Of a DNA stretch of 64,000 bases, positions 51,785 to 64,000 are shown piece by piece. Origin of the DNA: Octopus sinensis (lineage: Eukaryota); assembly GCF_006345805.1 (NCBI RefSeq), contig NC_042999.1, positions 50,096,001-50,160,000 on the forward strand. The letters are read 5' to 3'. Below the pieces are notes generated by a model, which saw only the letters and a list, made by a program, of their open reading frames with translations, did no database searches and was not told the origin of the DNA. The translations under genes were made by a program, and so were the position numbers. The stretch's first letter is position 1, and each line of letters opens with the position of its first letter.

Positions 51785-51820
51785 CTTTCTGTCAAAGAGC
51801 ATAGGTTTGAAACGTAAAAG
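51785..51820 (+). ncRNA. Decayed minimal hammerhead-like motif, same family as 41429-41466
   Basis: CUUU-CUGUCAA-A-GAGC(AUAG)GUUU-GAAAC-GUA-AAAG. Confidence 0.4.
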
Positions 51821-52111
51821 ACTTTTCCGTTTTTCCTGAGTGTCAAACTAAAACACTTGCTTGTTGTTCCTACACCTATCTTCATCTTTTTTTTTATGAA
51901 TTTGAACCGCAATAATCCCTTGCCATATCATGGTTCACCTATTGCAGTTTATTATTCAAGATCACGTCGATTCCTCCGTGGTACTGTTTTCCATTTACAA
52001 TAAAATAAATATATACAAAATATGAAAATAAAAAAATGTCCTGTTTCTACTTCATAGATTTTCACCTATCATGGGGTGGTTTTGCAACGTAGCACCCATG
52101 ATAGTCAAGGG

Positions 52112-52142
<31 letters not shown>

Positions 52143-52146
52143 ATAT

Positions 52147-52358
52147 ATAAAAGCGATGACCTGTAAGTGGAGATCCATTATGCTAGAAGAAGATCTGCTA
52201 TGGTTTTACCACTAAGACAGAAATGTTCACGAGAAAATTTAGCAAAACGTTCTGGTGTTTTGCTAAATTTTCTTGGAAACATTCCTTTCTTAGTAGTAAG
52301 ACCATAGTAGATCTTCTTCTAGCATAATCGATGTCCACTTACAGGTCATCCCTTTTAT
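52147..52358. repeat. Near-perfect palindrome with ~100-bp arms and 8-nt loop, within (TA)n
   Basis: AAAAGCGATGACCTGTAAGTGG...AGCAAAAC / GTTTTGCT...CCACTTACAGGTCATCCCTTTT. Confidence 0.9.
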
Positions 52359-52571
52359 ATATGTATGTAATATTTTTTCTGAAACTTCAGATTTTTAAAT
52401 ATGCTAGACCACTGGTTTTAAATTGATATTAATCAAATTAATATTCAATTTTTCGCCCTTATCATTTTAAATTTATATATATATATTTGTAGTCAATTCA
52501 AATAAGTGAAATTAATGGACAACAAGAGGACATGCACAAGAAATATATTAGTCTGATGCTCAATGAAAAGA

Positions 52572-52606
52572 GTTTGACATTTTGAGCATGGCTCTTCATT
52601 GGAAAG
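52572..52606 (-). ncRNA. Decayed minimal hammerhead-like motif, same variant as 2500-2534
   Basis: CUUU-CCAAUGA-A-GAGC(CAU)GCUC-AAAAU-GUC-AAAC; the departures from the core are CpG-type transitions. Confidence 0.4.
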
Positions 52607-52702
52607 AAAAATATGAAAATTCCAAAGAAGGAAAACATATCGCCAACAGCATGTGTGTAACTACATTCATATATATATAGAAATATATATATATATATAT
52701 AT

Positions 52703-53264
52703 TGCGTGAGAGGACCAGGCAGGACAAGTGAGTCCAGCCCACTTATGCATGCCTTTCCTCCCTAGGACACACAAAGAACTGTTGAGGCAAGCAAAGTCGA
52801 TATCGAACCTCATCCGACGACAGGCACCCATGCCAACTCCCCTTTGCTTGCGAAGACCTGTTGGGGCAAGTGAAATCGAAATCGAAATCGGAATCGAAAT
52901 TGAACCAATCCTATGACTGGCACCCAGCAGATGCTAGGACCCCTGGACTGGTGGCACGTAAAAACCACCATCTGAATCGTGGCCGATGCCAGTGCCGCCT
53001 TGACTGGCTTCCATGCCGGTGGCACGTAAAATGCACCAATCCGACCGTGGCAGTTGCCAGCCTCGCCTGGCACCTGTGCAGGTGGCACGTAAAAAGCACC
53101 CACTACACTCACGGAGTGGTTGGCGTTAGGAAGGGCATCCAGCTGTAGAAACATTGCCAGATAAGCCTGGTGCAGCCTTCTGGCTTCCCAGATCCCCGGT
53201 CGAACCGTCCAACCCATGCTAGCATGGAGAACGGACGTTAAACGATGATGATGATGATGATGAT
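52703..53264 (+). mobile_element. RTE 3' end (last codons, 3' UTR and (GAT)n tail)
   Basis: VRGPGRTSES/RQDK-type ORF end as at 30216, then the same UTR. Shorter UTR copies at 13500-13682, 15485-15800, 27105-27490, 46040-46240, 55440-55652, 62320-62520. Confidence 0.85.
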
Positions 53265-53289
53265 TTAGTTTAGAAAGACACATCATGAC

Positions 53290-53780
53290 ATCCTTTAAGC
53301 AGGGAAAATTAAGAACATTAATATCATATTAGATAAAGAAACACAGATAAAAGCAAGAGAATTATACCAAACATAGATGCAAATATCTTAGAAATAGAGA
53401 ACAACACACACAAATGAAAGAAATGTTTATGAAGGAATATTATAGATGTATTAGATTAATAATTAAAAAAGAGCTAAATGCGAAAAATAAAGTAATAGGC
53501 ATCAGTACTCCAACTGTTCTAATAATTAGTTACATTAATAATATTTTGAGCAGTAATTAAATTAGGAAGGATAGACAAAAAGAAAAGAAACGAATAACTA
53601 CATTTAGAATGCACTACCTAAAATTTGTACAAAAATTAATTGTATATTTAGCATGAATGCATAGAAGCATAAGCTTAATTCCATTAGAAAACTATTATAA
53701 GTTATCCCCTGTTGGATAACAAGGTACCTTGTAAATTAAAGCAACTGAAAAACTAATGAAAGTAACACCCAAAAGAAATG
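53290..53780 (+). mobile_element. Decayed Dong/R4-like RT C-terminal fragment
   Basis: KEYYRCIRLIIKKELNAKNKVIGI and RMHY.K motifs, with frameshifts. Confidence 0.65.
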
Positions 53781-53803
53781 TAAAATTACTACATTCTCTG
53801 TCT

Positions 53804-54031
53804 TTAATCCTTTTGTTACTGTATTTATTTTGAGATGCTCTGTGTTTCTTTTAATTACTTTAGATATAACAAAGAATTTAGTAAAATAACTTAGTTATCA
53901 TTCAGCTAGTGTTAGGAACATAAATTGTGACTAAGGTTTGGTGGAAGATTTTAATTCAAAACTTATGAAAACAAGACATTTGTATTCAGAGCCAGAGTCG
54001 ATTTCAGCCGGGTTGGTAATGAAAGGGTTAA
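53804..54031. mobile_element. piggyBac-like MITE
   Basis: TTAA|TCCTTTTGTTAC ... GTAATGAAAGGG|TTAA. A related partial copy lies near 625-745. Confidence 0.65.
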
Positions 54032-54610
54032 GGAAACTGATGTATATGATGCAAGAAGGAAATACAGACAGTTGTGAGGATAACTAATAATAGAAATTGA
54101 GGTAGAGCTAAGAACTATACCAAAAGTAGGGCTACAGAAATACTGCTTGAAAATAAGAGAGGGTTTGTGAATGAAAGAACATGCAGCTGTAGAAAATGTA
54201 CCTCAGCAAATTTTATCTGCTTGGGACTGATAAATAATTCATCAAACTTGACAAAAGGAAAGACAAAATCGATCTTCAAAGTGCAGAAAGTTTGAACAAA
54301 TATTGGTAGGCATTCTGTCTGGTGCTCTCTTACAACTGTGCTAATTTGCTTCCTTAAATTATTCTATACACATAAAAGTTTGCTTTTGCATTCAAAATTT
54401 TTTACGAGAAAGCCAAAGTCTACATAAACAAATATTTCCTGAACAAAAAAAGTGAACAGAATAAATCAAAGCTTTCCATATACTTCTTTTACTAAATGAC
54501 AGTTGTTCCTCTAATTCAAATATTTTTTGCTTTTTTGAGTTTACGTAGTCATTTCAATCAAGTCCGAATTCACTTTTAGATTTATACTGGCTTTAGTCAG
54601 TATAAAGTTG

Positions 54611-54910
54611 TGGAGGCACAATGGCCAGTGGTTAGGGCAGCGGACTCACGGTTGGAGGATCATGGTTTCAATTCCCAGATCGCACTTTGTGTGTGTTTAT
54701 TGAGCGAAAACACCTAAAAGCTCCACAAGGCTCCGGCGGGGGGTGGTGGTGACCCCTGTCATACAATTTCGCCACAACTTTCTCTCACTCTTTCCTCCTG
54801 TTTCTTGAGTAACACTGCGATGGACTGGCATCCCATCCAGCTGGGGGGAACACATATGTCACAGAAACCGGGAAACTGGGCCCGTGAGCCTGGCTAAGCT
54901 TGAAAAGGGT
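54611..54910 (+). mobile_element. SINE family B, tail variant 1
   Basis: tRNA-like head TGGAGGCACAATGGCCAGTGGTTAGGGC...GGTTTCAATTCCC; tail CTGCGATGGACTGGCATCCCATCCAG. Another copy at 57132-57438(-). Confidence 0.85.
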
Positions 54911-55074
54911 GACAGTTATCGTATCATAAGTTTAGTTTCCAAACATGTGGTTCCAGTTTCAGTCCCACTGTATGGTATCTTGGGTAAAGTGTTGTTTACT
55001 ATAACCTCGGACCAACCAAAGCCTTGTGAGTGGATTTGGCACAGGGAAACTGAAAGAAACCCATTGTGTGTGTG

Positions 55075-55244
<170 letters not shown>

Positions 55245-56489
55245 TTTTATATATATTTATGTGTGTGTCTGTGTTTGTCCCTACCACCATCACTTGACAA
55301 CTAGTGTTGGTGTGTTTACACCCCTGTAACTTAGCAGTTCAGCAAAATAGAGTGATAGAATAAGTACTAGGCTTACAAAGAATAAGTCCTGGGGTCAATT
55401 TCTTTGACTAAAAAAAATAACATACACACACACTTAGTGTCTCCTGTGTGGCTCACATGCCAGTGGCATGTAAAAACCATCTACTACATTCTCGGAATGG
55501 TTGGCATTAGGAAAGGCATCCAGCTGTAGAAACCTTGCCAGGTCAGACTGGAGCCTGGTGCAGCCTATTGGCTTGCCAGTCCTCAGTCAAACCGTTCAAC
55601 CCATGCCAGCATCGAAAGCGGACGTTAAACAACAGCAATGATGATGATGATATATTCACTGTAAGTTTCTTCACCCTTACCTTCTGCTGAGATCTACTCT
55701 GAATGCTTTGACTGATCTAAGGTGATGGTAAATTACATTTCTCCCAAAGTGCCACAAAGTAGGATCAACCCTAGAACCCAGGGTTCTAAAGCAAACTTTG
55801 TAACCATACTAATATGCAAGTCCATATTCACATAATTAATTTAGTTCGCAATAATTTCAATTTACTTAAATGTCTGTACTTGGAAACGTCTTAAGTAATT
55901 TTCTGTTTTTATTTGATTTAAAAAGTTTAAAAGCAATTACTATCCAATAAGATATATTTGATTTGTCATTATTCTGAAACTTTCTTAAAACATAATGATG
56001 CAGATAAATCTAAAAACATTAGAATTATACAGACAAAATAAAAATAATAACAAATAAAATTAAGAGAGAAACAAAATTGGCATTTGCACACAGAATATGA
56101 ATTTAAGTTAAAAAGGATAAATATTATTAAATGATCAAAATTTAATTCCTTCGATAAATTTGGCAGGCAACATACTTTTGGATATAATTGTAAGACATTA
56201 GTTGAAAGCTCAATTGACAGATAATTTGCATGACATTCTGAATGAAATTTGTGTAAGCTGTAACAACTTAAAAGGAAATTCATGTTTGAAAATACCTTAA
56301 TCTTGTCATTATGTGAGTTTTTGCAAGTACTAAAATTATACTTTACAGCATCCCACCTCCCTATGAAATATATTGGTGCAAAAACGATTTCAAACCATTT
56401 AAAAGATGTGAAGCATATGAAACGCAGAACAGCTATTACATGTTGATATCTGGCTTCAGGCCATGACTCCTTTATGGCAGCAAGTCATG

Positions 56490-56955
56490 GTTGATGAGGG
56501 TGGAAGATATTAAGCGACTAGAATCCTTCGATCACCTCTGTCTACGCTGCATCCTTCATGTCCGATGGCATCACTTTGTCTCCAACAATTCGGTGCAAAA
56601 TCACCTCCCTCCGACAAGTCATCCTAACGAGACGTCTCCGTTGGCTGGGTCATGTCCTCTGTCGTCAACCAGGAGAATTCATCCACAAAGCAATTGCCCC
56701 AGCTCCCCTTCAGGGTTGGCGAAAGCGATGTGGTGACAACGAAAAACCTGGCTGAAGACAGTCAAGGTTGATCTGGAACCCAGCCTAGGCCCCCATGTCT
56801 ATGGCATTCGCTGCTGGAATAAGGAGTGGTTGGAGATCACGCAGTCATTAGCCTCAAATCGCTAGGCCTGGTCGGCTTTTGTGAGAGATGCAGCATTGAG
56901 GATGAATGAAACCAGTTCAACCCACCCTGGGTGAATGCTGTCTCAGGACAAGAAG
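56490..56955 (+). mobile_element. 3' end of a second RTE-clade LINE lineage
   Basis: EDIKRLESFDHLCLRCIL, RRLRWLGHVL, GWRKR, TWLKTV..DL, SLASNR*AWSAFVRDA. Confidence 0.85.
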
Positions 56956-57069
56956 ACTGGCTTCAGGTCAACTCTGATCCAACAGATTTATAATCAAAGG
57001 CATTCAGGCTATGACTATCCTGTTTTTTCATAAGCATAGTGTTTTGGGTTTCTTTTTTTAATGATCCAG

Positions 57070-58467
57070 TATAGTTCAAGAGAAATGCAGTTGCTTTTAC
57101 TAATGGTTCAAACAGCTAATGCTCCCACATTTGTTTGTTCCTTCTCAAGCCATGCCTGGCTCATAAGGGCCGGTTTCCCGGTTTCCTTGGCATATAGGTT
57201 CCCCACCTGGACGGGACACCAGTCTGTCACAGGTGAGCTGCTAGATGCAGGGGGAAAGAGTGAGAGAAAGTTGTGGCGAAAGAGTCAGCAGAAGTTCACC
57301 ATTACCTTCTGCCGGAGCTGCATGGAGCTTAGGTGTTTCACTCATAAACAAACACATCGCCCGGTCTGAGATTCGAACCCCCCACAATCCCTCAACTGCG
57401 AGTCCACTGCTCTAATCACTAGGCCATGTGCCTCCACAGTTTTTCCCCACATTGGCTTGGGTTTGTAAATGTGACAGCAAAGGATATAGCCAACATGATA
57501 GCATTATGATAATTGCTATACATGATCAGTTACATCTTGAGTGATTACTGAAACTGAACTGAATAATGATTGATAATTTAAATCTGTGAAAAGATTTCAG
57601 TTGATATGATTTATCATTTCAACAACAGTGTAAGTATATTTGAATCAAAAATTATCCATTAATTCAACATCCAAGCAAGAAAAGCCAATCATTACTTTGA
57701 TGTAAATTAAGTACAAAAGCTTATGTTGCAATAATTAAAATAGTAAATAACTGACATGTTACAGCGAAACATGTCAATTACGTATAGCATATATAGATTA
57801 TGTATCACAATTATCATAATGCTATCATGTTGACTATATCCTTTGCTGTCATGTGGAGGCACAATGGCCCAGTGGTTGGGACAGCAGACTCGCAGTCGTA
57901 AGAATGCGGCTTCAATTCCCAGACTGGGCATTATGAGTATTTATTCAGCAAAAACATCATAGGTTGCGAGCTGGCAGAATCGTTAGCATGCCAGGGCGAA
58001 ATGCTTTGCGGTATTTTGTCTGCTGCTACGTTCTGAATTCAAATTCCGCCGAGGTCGACTTTGTCTTTCAGCCCTTCAGCCTTTAAATAAGTACCAGTTA
58101 CGCACTGGGGTCGATATAATTGACTTAATCCGTTTGTCTGTCCTTGTTTGTCCTCCCTGTGTTTAGCCCCTTGTGGGCAGTAAAGAAATAGGTATTTCGT
58201 CTGTCGTTATGTTCTGTGTTCAAATTCCGTTGAGGTCGACATTGTCTTTCATCCTTTTGGGGTCGATAAATAAAGTAGCAGTTTTGCACTGGCGTCGATG
58301 TAATCAACTTACCTGTCCTTGTTTGTTCTCTCTATGTTTAGCCCCTTGTGGGCAATCAAGAATTGTATATCCTTTGCTGTCACATTTACAAACCCAAGCC
58401 AATGTGGGAGCATCTATGTAGCTGTTTGAACAGTTAGTAAAAGCAGCTACACTTCTCTTGAACTATA
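57070..58467. mobile_element. Fold-back element with SINE insertions in both arms
   Basis: 57070-57131 plus 57446-57520 is the reverse complement of 57790-57851 plus 58366-58467. TSD CCCACATT (left arm) and TATATCCTTTGCTGTCA (right arm). Confidence 0.8.
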
Positions 58468-59078
58468 TCAATGTAGTATTTAATCTGGGTGCAAGTCCTA
58501 GAACCCCGCTTTTTTTAATTATCAGTTTGCTATCATGAGTGAGTTACAGCTTCAGCATGCAATCTTATGTGAACATCCCATTTATCAACCAATCAGCTTG
58601 TAGCAGATCAGACCACCAGTTAGAACGTCATCTCAAGTGTCCTTGGGGTTCACATTCTTTTTCTCAAGGACTCCAGTACTAAAATATAGAGCTCTGATGG
58701 CCTTTGAAGAGAAGACAACTTGGCTTTTGCCAAGCAATTCAAGGACACGCTTGAAAAATATTCAGTGATTTCACATCCTCAAGATAACAAATGGCTGAGT
58801 AACACAGTTAAAGAAACATTATTTTATTTCTTGCTGCAAGCAAGACAGAAGTGTGAATAGATACATCTTACTTCTCTTTAATGACTGGAGAATTTAGACA
58901 CATGAAAGTCAATCCCTATAACTTAAATCTCTCTACCAGTGAGTATCTAACAATTATACATGTACAAAATGCTCATCCTTTCCTTAGGATTGATTGCTAA
59001 TTCCTTAGGATTGATTGCTAATTACAAAATTACTATTTGTAAATCTCACAACGTGAGATATTCAGCAACAGTACTTTG

Positions 59079-59454
59079 TGGTAAAGATTGTTTGCCAACA
59101 TGACATGGTAGTCCTGGTTTAGGACTAATGTTGCTGTAATTTAGCCCCAGGAGACATTGTTTCCAGCTGGCTATATGACACGATCTGTGTCCTCTTTTTT
59201 TCAAACAAGGGAATCTAGCAGCCCCAACTCAGCTAAAACAATACCTCTAACCAAACAATTATTCTGTGCTGATGAAGTGGAATAACCCAGAAATCGCAGA
59301 GCTGAGTGGGGGTGCTAGATTGCCTTGTTTGAAAATATAAGGACACAGATCATCTCGTATAGCCAGCTGGAGACAGTGTCTCCTGAGGCTAAATTACAGC
59401 AACATTCGTCCTAAACCAGGACTGCCATGTTATGTTGGCAAACAATCTTTACTG
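59079..59454. mobile_element. MITE with ~155-bp inverted arms and 65-bp spacer
   Basis: GTAAAGATTGTTTGCCAACAT...CTCAGCT / AGCTGAG...ATGTTGGCAAACAATCTTTAC. Confidence 0.85.
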
Positions 59455-60974
59455 ATTGTTAATTGTCCACAGGTTTTGTTCTTGCTAAAATACATGCAAC
59501 CTGCTCAATCCATAATAATTCAACACCACAATCAGATTTAACCTGTGAGAAATCTCCTTGGCATCTAATGAAGGCAAATTACACAGGTTATTATGTATTT
59601 AGTATATATTGCATATATTTTGCCTTTAGTTTATTTGATAAACGTTAATGTACATAATGAGATGCAGATGTCCAAGAGGGTCAATCCATGGTAATCTGTC
59701 TTTCTGATAGTGTCCATGAGTAAGGTATCTACTGTTATAACACTTCGGCCTATTCATCTGCAGATAAATATTATCCAACTGCTGGTGCAGCCCTCCATCC
59801 TCCAGTTGTCAAATTCCTGCTGGTTCAAGGGTGTTGGTACTAAGAGGGCATTTAAGTTAACTTGCCTTACATAGACAAAACAATTATCCAAAGCTTGGGG
59901 CATGTTATTCTGACTTGCATATGTGATGACTACGGTATACACACACACACACACACATACATACATACAAGCTCATACACACACATTGGTCAAACTAAAA
60001 TTGTGGTAGAAGACAATTTGCCAAAAATATTGCACAGTTGGATTGAACCAGCAATCACCTATTTCATAGAGCAAACTTCTTAACTACAGACTTATGTCTT
60101 AATGTAGGTATCCTTTGCTATAATTGAGTGTCACTTCCAGTTCTTGATTTGATTGTTATCTTTATATAGAACAGCTTCTTTGTAATATATCTCATCAAAG
60201 TTCAAATGTACATTTAAATTTATTGAAATGTCATTAAGGAAAACTAGGTTTGAAAACACTATATATACATATGTATGTGTGTGCAACTACATGAATAGAA
60301 TATAAAACTAATATTTGTATGGCATGACAACTGTACTGTAATTCTATATTCATGGGGGTTTGATGATTAATTACTTTAAGACAGCTTTAGTCTTACAATT
60401 TTCTAAATATGAACTGAAAAAGAACATAAAATGCTTTGTTTTTGACGCTAAACAGATTATATTCCCAAACCATGCCAATAATATAATTTTCTGTCTGAAG
60501 AAAGTCAAGAAACTGTAATCTAAAATAGGTTTTAAACTGATTAAAAAATAAGCTGATGGAATATATTTTCATTTCAAATCATCTGTGATACATCTGTTCC
60601 ATTCCAAACATGCTCCAATTCCAACTACTAGATTTGGCATAATTTGAAGTTATAACAAAAACCATCAGTACATAATAATTGACTTTCCATGCATTTATAG
60701 AACAAGCAATTTTATTTCTAGATCATTTTTCCCATTCCCACACCAGCATTATGTTATTCCTATTATTCTATGTGTATTTTTCTGTCTAGTTTTAAATAAG
60801 TATGTGAATCATGCGATCAGTCTCAGACATTTCTGGAATATTCCTACACCTTTTAGTAAATTAAAGTTAATTGTATTTACATACACACACACAAATACAC
60901 ATACACACACACACACATACACACACACACACAAATACACATACACACATTTATAAAGATATATATATATATAT

Positions 60975-61130
60975 AAACGAGGTGGAGACAATGATAAATG
61001 TGTAGTGATATACATATGGAAGACCCTAGAAGGTCTAACTCCCAACTTTGAAACTGAAAGTTATACCAAGCATCAAACTGGACAGCACAACATAGTACCA
61101 AAGATCTTATCTTCTTTGTCTAGAATAAGG
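60975..61130 (+). mobile_element. CR1/L2-type LINE 3' remnant
   Basis: IYIWKTLEGLTPNF..ESYT...TG....VPKI. Confidence 0.55.
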
Positions 61131-61133
61131 AGG

Positions 61134-61466
61134 AGACCCTCTTCAGTCATGAATGACCATGGGATTGCACCTAGAAAGTTACCCTCCCAGTCACAAGTTC
61201 GGGCAAGGTTGTTTATGGAAGACCAGCAGTTGCCCATGCATACCGGCCTCCCCTCTCCACACCACTGATGCTATCCAAGGGAAAGGCAAAGGTTGATACA
61301 GCTTGGTACCAGTGATGTCACAACTCATTTCTACAGCTGAGTGAACTGGAGCAACGTGAAATAAAGTGTCTTGCTCAAGAACACAACACACAGCCCGGTC
61401 TAGGAACAAACTCACAACCTCACGATCATAAGTTTGACGTTCTAACCACTGAGCCATGCACCTTCA
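61134..61466 (-). mobile_element. tRNA-derived SINE family E with Deu/Nin-like core
   Basis: Head TGAAGGTGCATGGCTCAGTGGTTAG; core GTGTTCTTGAGCAAGACACTTT...CTCCAGTTCACTCAGCTGTA. Confidence 0.75.
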
Positions 61467-61784
61467 ATAAGTATGCTCTAACCACTCTAACCACTGAGCC
61501 ATGTGCTAGAATAAAGACTGTCTAGAATAAGGACCATCTAGAATAAGTACTGTAACAACTTAGGTTTCAAGGGACCACAAGTACTCAACATTCTGTTAAG
61601 CAATCTCAGACATTTGCATAGTGTTGATGTGGATATCTAAATGAAAGTTTTCACAAACTTTCATCTGAGATGCTGGATGCACCCACTTTACAGCAGAAGG
61701 CACATAAACAGCAGCTTCATCCAACTAGCTACTTCATCAGAAACAATACAGGAAATAAAACCGATAACAGCAAAAAGTAGTGTG

Positions 61785-61830
<46 letters not shown>

Positions 61831-62823
61831 TGCTAATACTGAACAGTGAGAATGAGTGCTCAATACCACATTAGTGGATAACTATTCTGTATTTATGGGT
61901 CAACAAGGTAACCAATAGTTTCATATGGAGAGAAATCTTGGGTGAAAATGTTCCCATCCAAGATGGAGATGTGTACCAACGTTCCCATGTGACAGGCTTG
62001 ATTACTGTTGAAAGATTTCTCACAACATGAAACCACTGGTAGCCTTTTTAACTCACAAAGTTCCTATTTCTTTACTACCCACAAGGAGCTAAGCACAGAG
62101 AGGACAAACAAGGACAGACAAATGGATTAAGTTGATTACATCGACTCCAGTGTATATCTGGTACCTAATTTATCGACCCTGAAAGGATGAAAGGCAAAGT
62201 CGACCTCGGCAGAATTTGAACTCAGAACGTAACAGCAGACAAAATACCGCTCAGCATTTCACCCGGCGTGCTAATGATTGTGCCAGCTCACCACCTTCGA
62301 TTTGACAGAGGGCTAGCAAGCCAGAAGACTGCACCAAGCTCCAGTCTGATCTGGCAAAGTTTCTACAGCTTGATGCCCTTCCTAATGCCAACCACTCTGA
62401 GAGTATAGTGAGTGCTTTTTACGTGCCACCAGCATGAGGGCCAGTCAGGTAGTACTGGCTTCGACCATGATTGTATGGTGCTTTTTATGCAATGACCATG
62501 CTCGAATGGTGTTTTTTACAAAGTTAGTAAGCTTCAAGCAGTCAATAGAAGGTATAAAAAACAACTTTCAGGAACAATAGTAGTTTATTGATATAGAAGT
62601 TTGTAGTTTTTTATCATATCGAAGTCCAATAAGCTGCAAAAAGTTATTTTATAGTTCATGGTTAGCAACTAGGGTTGCTATACAGGCAAATGAAAATCCA
62701 AATTGAGAGAATGGAGCAAGTAAAATCCAGCTACATATGTTTCCTAGGTAACACAACCTCAGGAATAATAATTACTCAATGAAGGTATTCACACACACAC
62801 ACACACACACATACTAATATACG

Positions 62824-62878
<55 letters not shown>

Positions 62879-62880
<2 letters not shown>

Positions 62881-62911
62881 GATAGATAGATAGATAGATA
62901 GAGAGATAGAG

Positions 62912-62967
<56 letters not shown>

Positions 62968-62980
62968 TGATAGATAGATA
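62879..62980. repeat. (GATA)n microsatellite
   Basis: Direct reading of the sequence. Confidence 0.95.
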
Positions 62981-63256
62981 CAATTGGATATCAAAATAAA
63001 TAAAGCTATACTCTTTTACTTGGTTCAGTCATGTGACTGTGGCCATGCTGGAGCGTCACCTTTAGTCAAGCAAATCGACCCCAGGACTTATTTTTTGTAA
63101 GCCTAGTACTTATTCTATCAGTCTCCTTTGCCAAACTGCAAAGTTATGGGGACATAAACACACCAGCATCAGTTGTCAAGCGAAGTTGGGGGTACAAACA
63201 CAGATACACAAACATATACACACACAAACATATACACACACATACATATATATATA

Positions 63257-63295
<39 letters not shown>

Positions 63296-63940
63296 TACAA
63301 CGGTCTTCTTTCAGTTTCCGTCTACCAAATCCATTCACAAGGCTTTGGTGGGCCCGAGGCTATAGTAGAAGACACTTGTCCAAGGTGCTACACAGTGGGA
63401 CTGAACCCGGAACCATGTGGTTCATAAGCAAGCTAATTACCACACAGACACTCATACGCCTATAAATAATAGGATGTATAACACTGGGCTAAAAAGAACT
63501 TGACCAGAAGTAGTTGAAGGCTACCCCTTTGCCAAGTGATTTTTTAATCAAATGTTCTGCACACTACGTTTTGTATCATTATCTTTGAATTCCACCTCTA
63601 ACAAAAAAAAAATTAGTTATTTCATCTGTTTAGCACTTATACACAGCCATGCGAATATTATTTAGGTTACCAATGAAAAGTTGATGACTATCCAGGTGTT
63701 TTGTGTCATAAATCTTTTAGTGGATTGGAGAGAGAATGGTGTATCCACTGTTGCTTGTATGTTCAGTCATATGGTGGAAGAAAAGCTAACCAGTAGAGAA
63801 CACACTGATATTTTTCATTCAATTAATGTTTCTGTAGCCTAAATCATCAATTATTTCCTCACTATTAAGTACTCAAACTTATTGATAACTATCACAATTT
63901 CTGTTATATTTGCTAAAACAGAATAAGCTTTTTGTTACAG

Positions 63941-64000
63941 GGAAGATGGTTTTCACCGAGATAAAAATGGGAATATAGTATTCTTGAATACTCTTTTTTG
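63941..64000 (+). other. Candidate exon start (x)EDGFHRDKNGNIVFLNTLF, runs off the window
   Basis: CTTTTTGTTACAG acceptor and one frame open to the window end. No homology recognised. Confidence 0.2.

Noticed and set aside
55681-55716. 36-nt minus-strand exon ISQSIQSRSQQK with strong donor
   Set aside because: Lies within a decayed SINE A-like remnant.
58980-59022. 21-bp tandem duplication TTCCTTAGGATTGATTGCTAA
   Set aside because: Two copies only; ordinary slippage.
61919-62030. Protein-like frame FIWREILGENVPIQDGDVYQRSHVTGL
   Set aside because: Short, poor polypyrimidine tract, no recognised family; cannot be supported.

Overview
AT-rich, gene-poor eukaryotic DNA that reads as intron or intergenic sequence. 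The SINE and LINE families suggest an octopus/cephalopod genome (inference). No host gene can be confidently called, and most ORFs in the track are microsatellite or SINE artefacts. The window holds: an orphan 3'-truncated 5.8S rRNA copy (166-282); a young 5'-truncated RTE LINE with RT and an internal PHD-like finger (29717-32540, minus) plus several RTE fragments; Dong/R4-like and HERO-like restriction-endonuclease LINE remnants; CR1/L2 and Penelope remnants; a solo LTR with a 4-bp TSD and a chimeric internal duplication; an internally deleted mariner; hAT-, piggyBac- and pogo-like MITEs; two Helentron-like elements; dozens of tRNA-derived SINEs in four families; and six long fold-back inverted repeats. 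The most interesting signal is a set of at least six minimal hammerhead-ribozyme-like motifs inside small repeats, one with an intact core. I found no convincing wholly new biological system. Repeat boundaries were placed by eye and are approximate unless fixed by a TSD or TIR.
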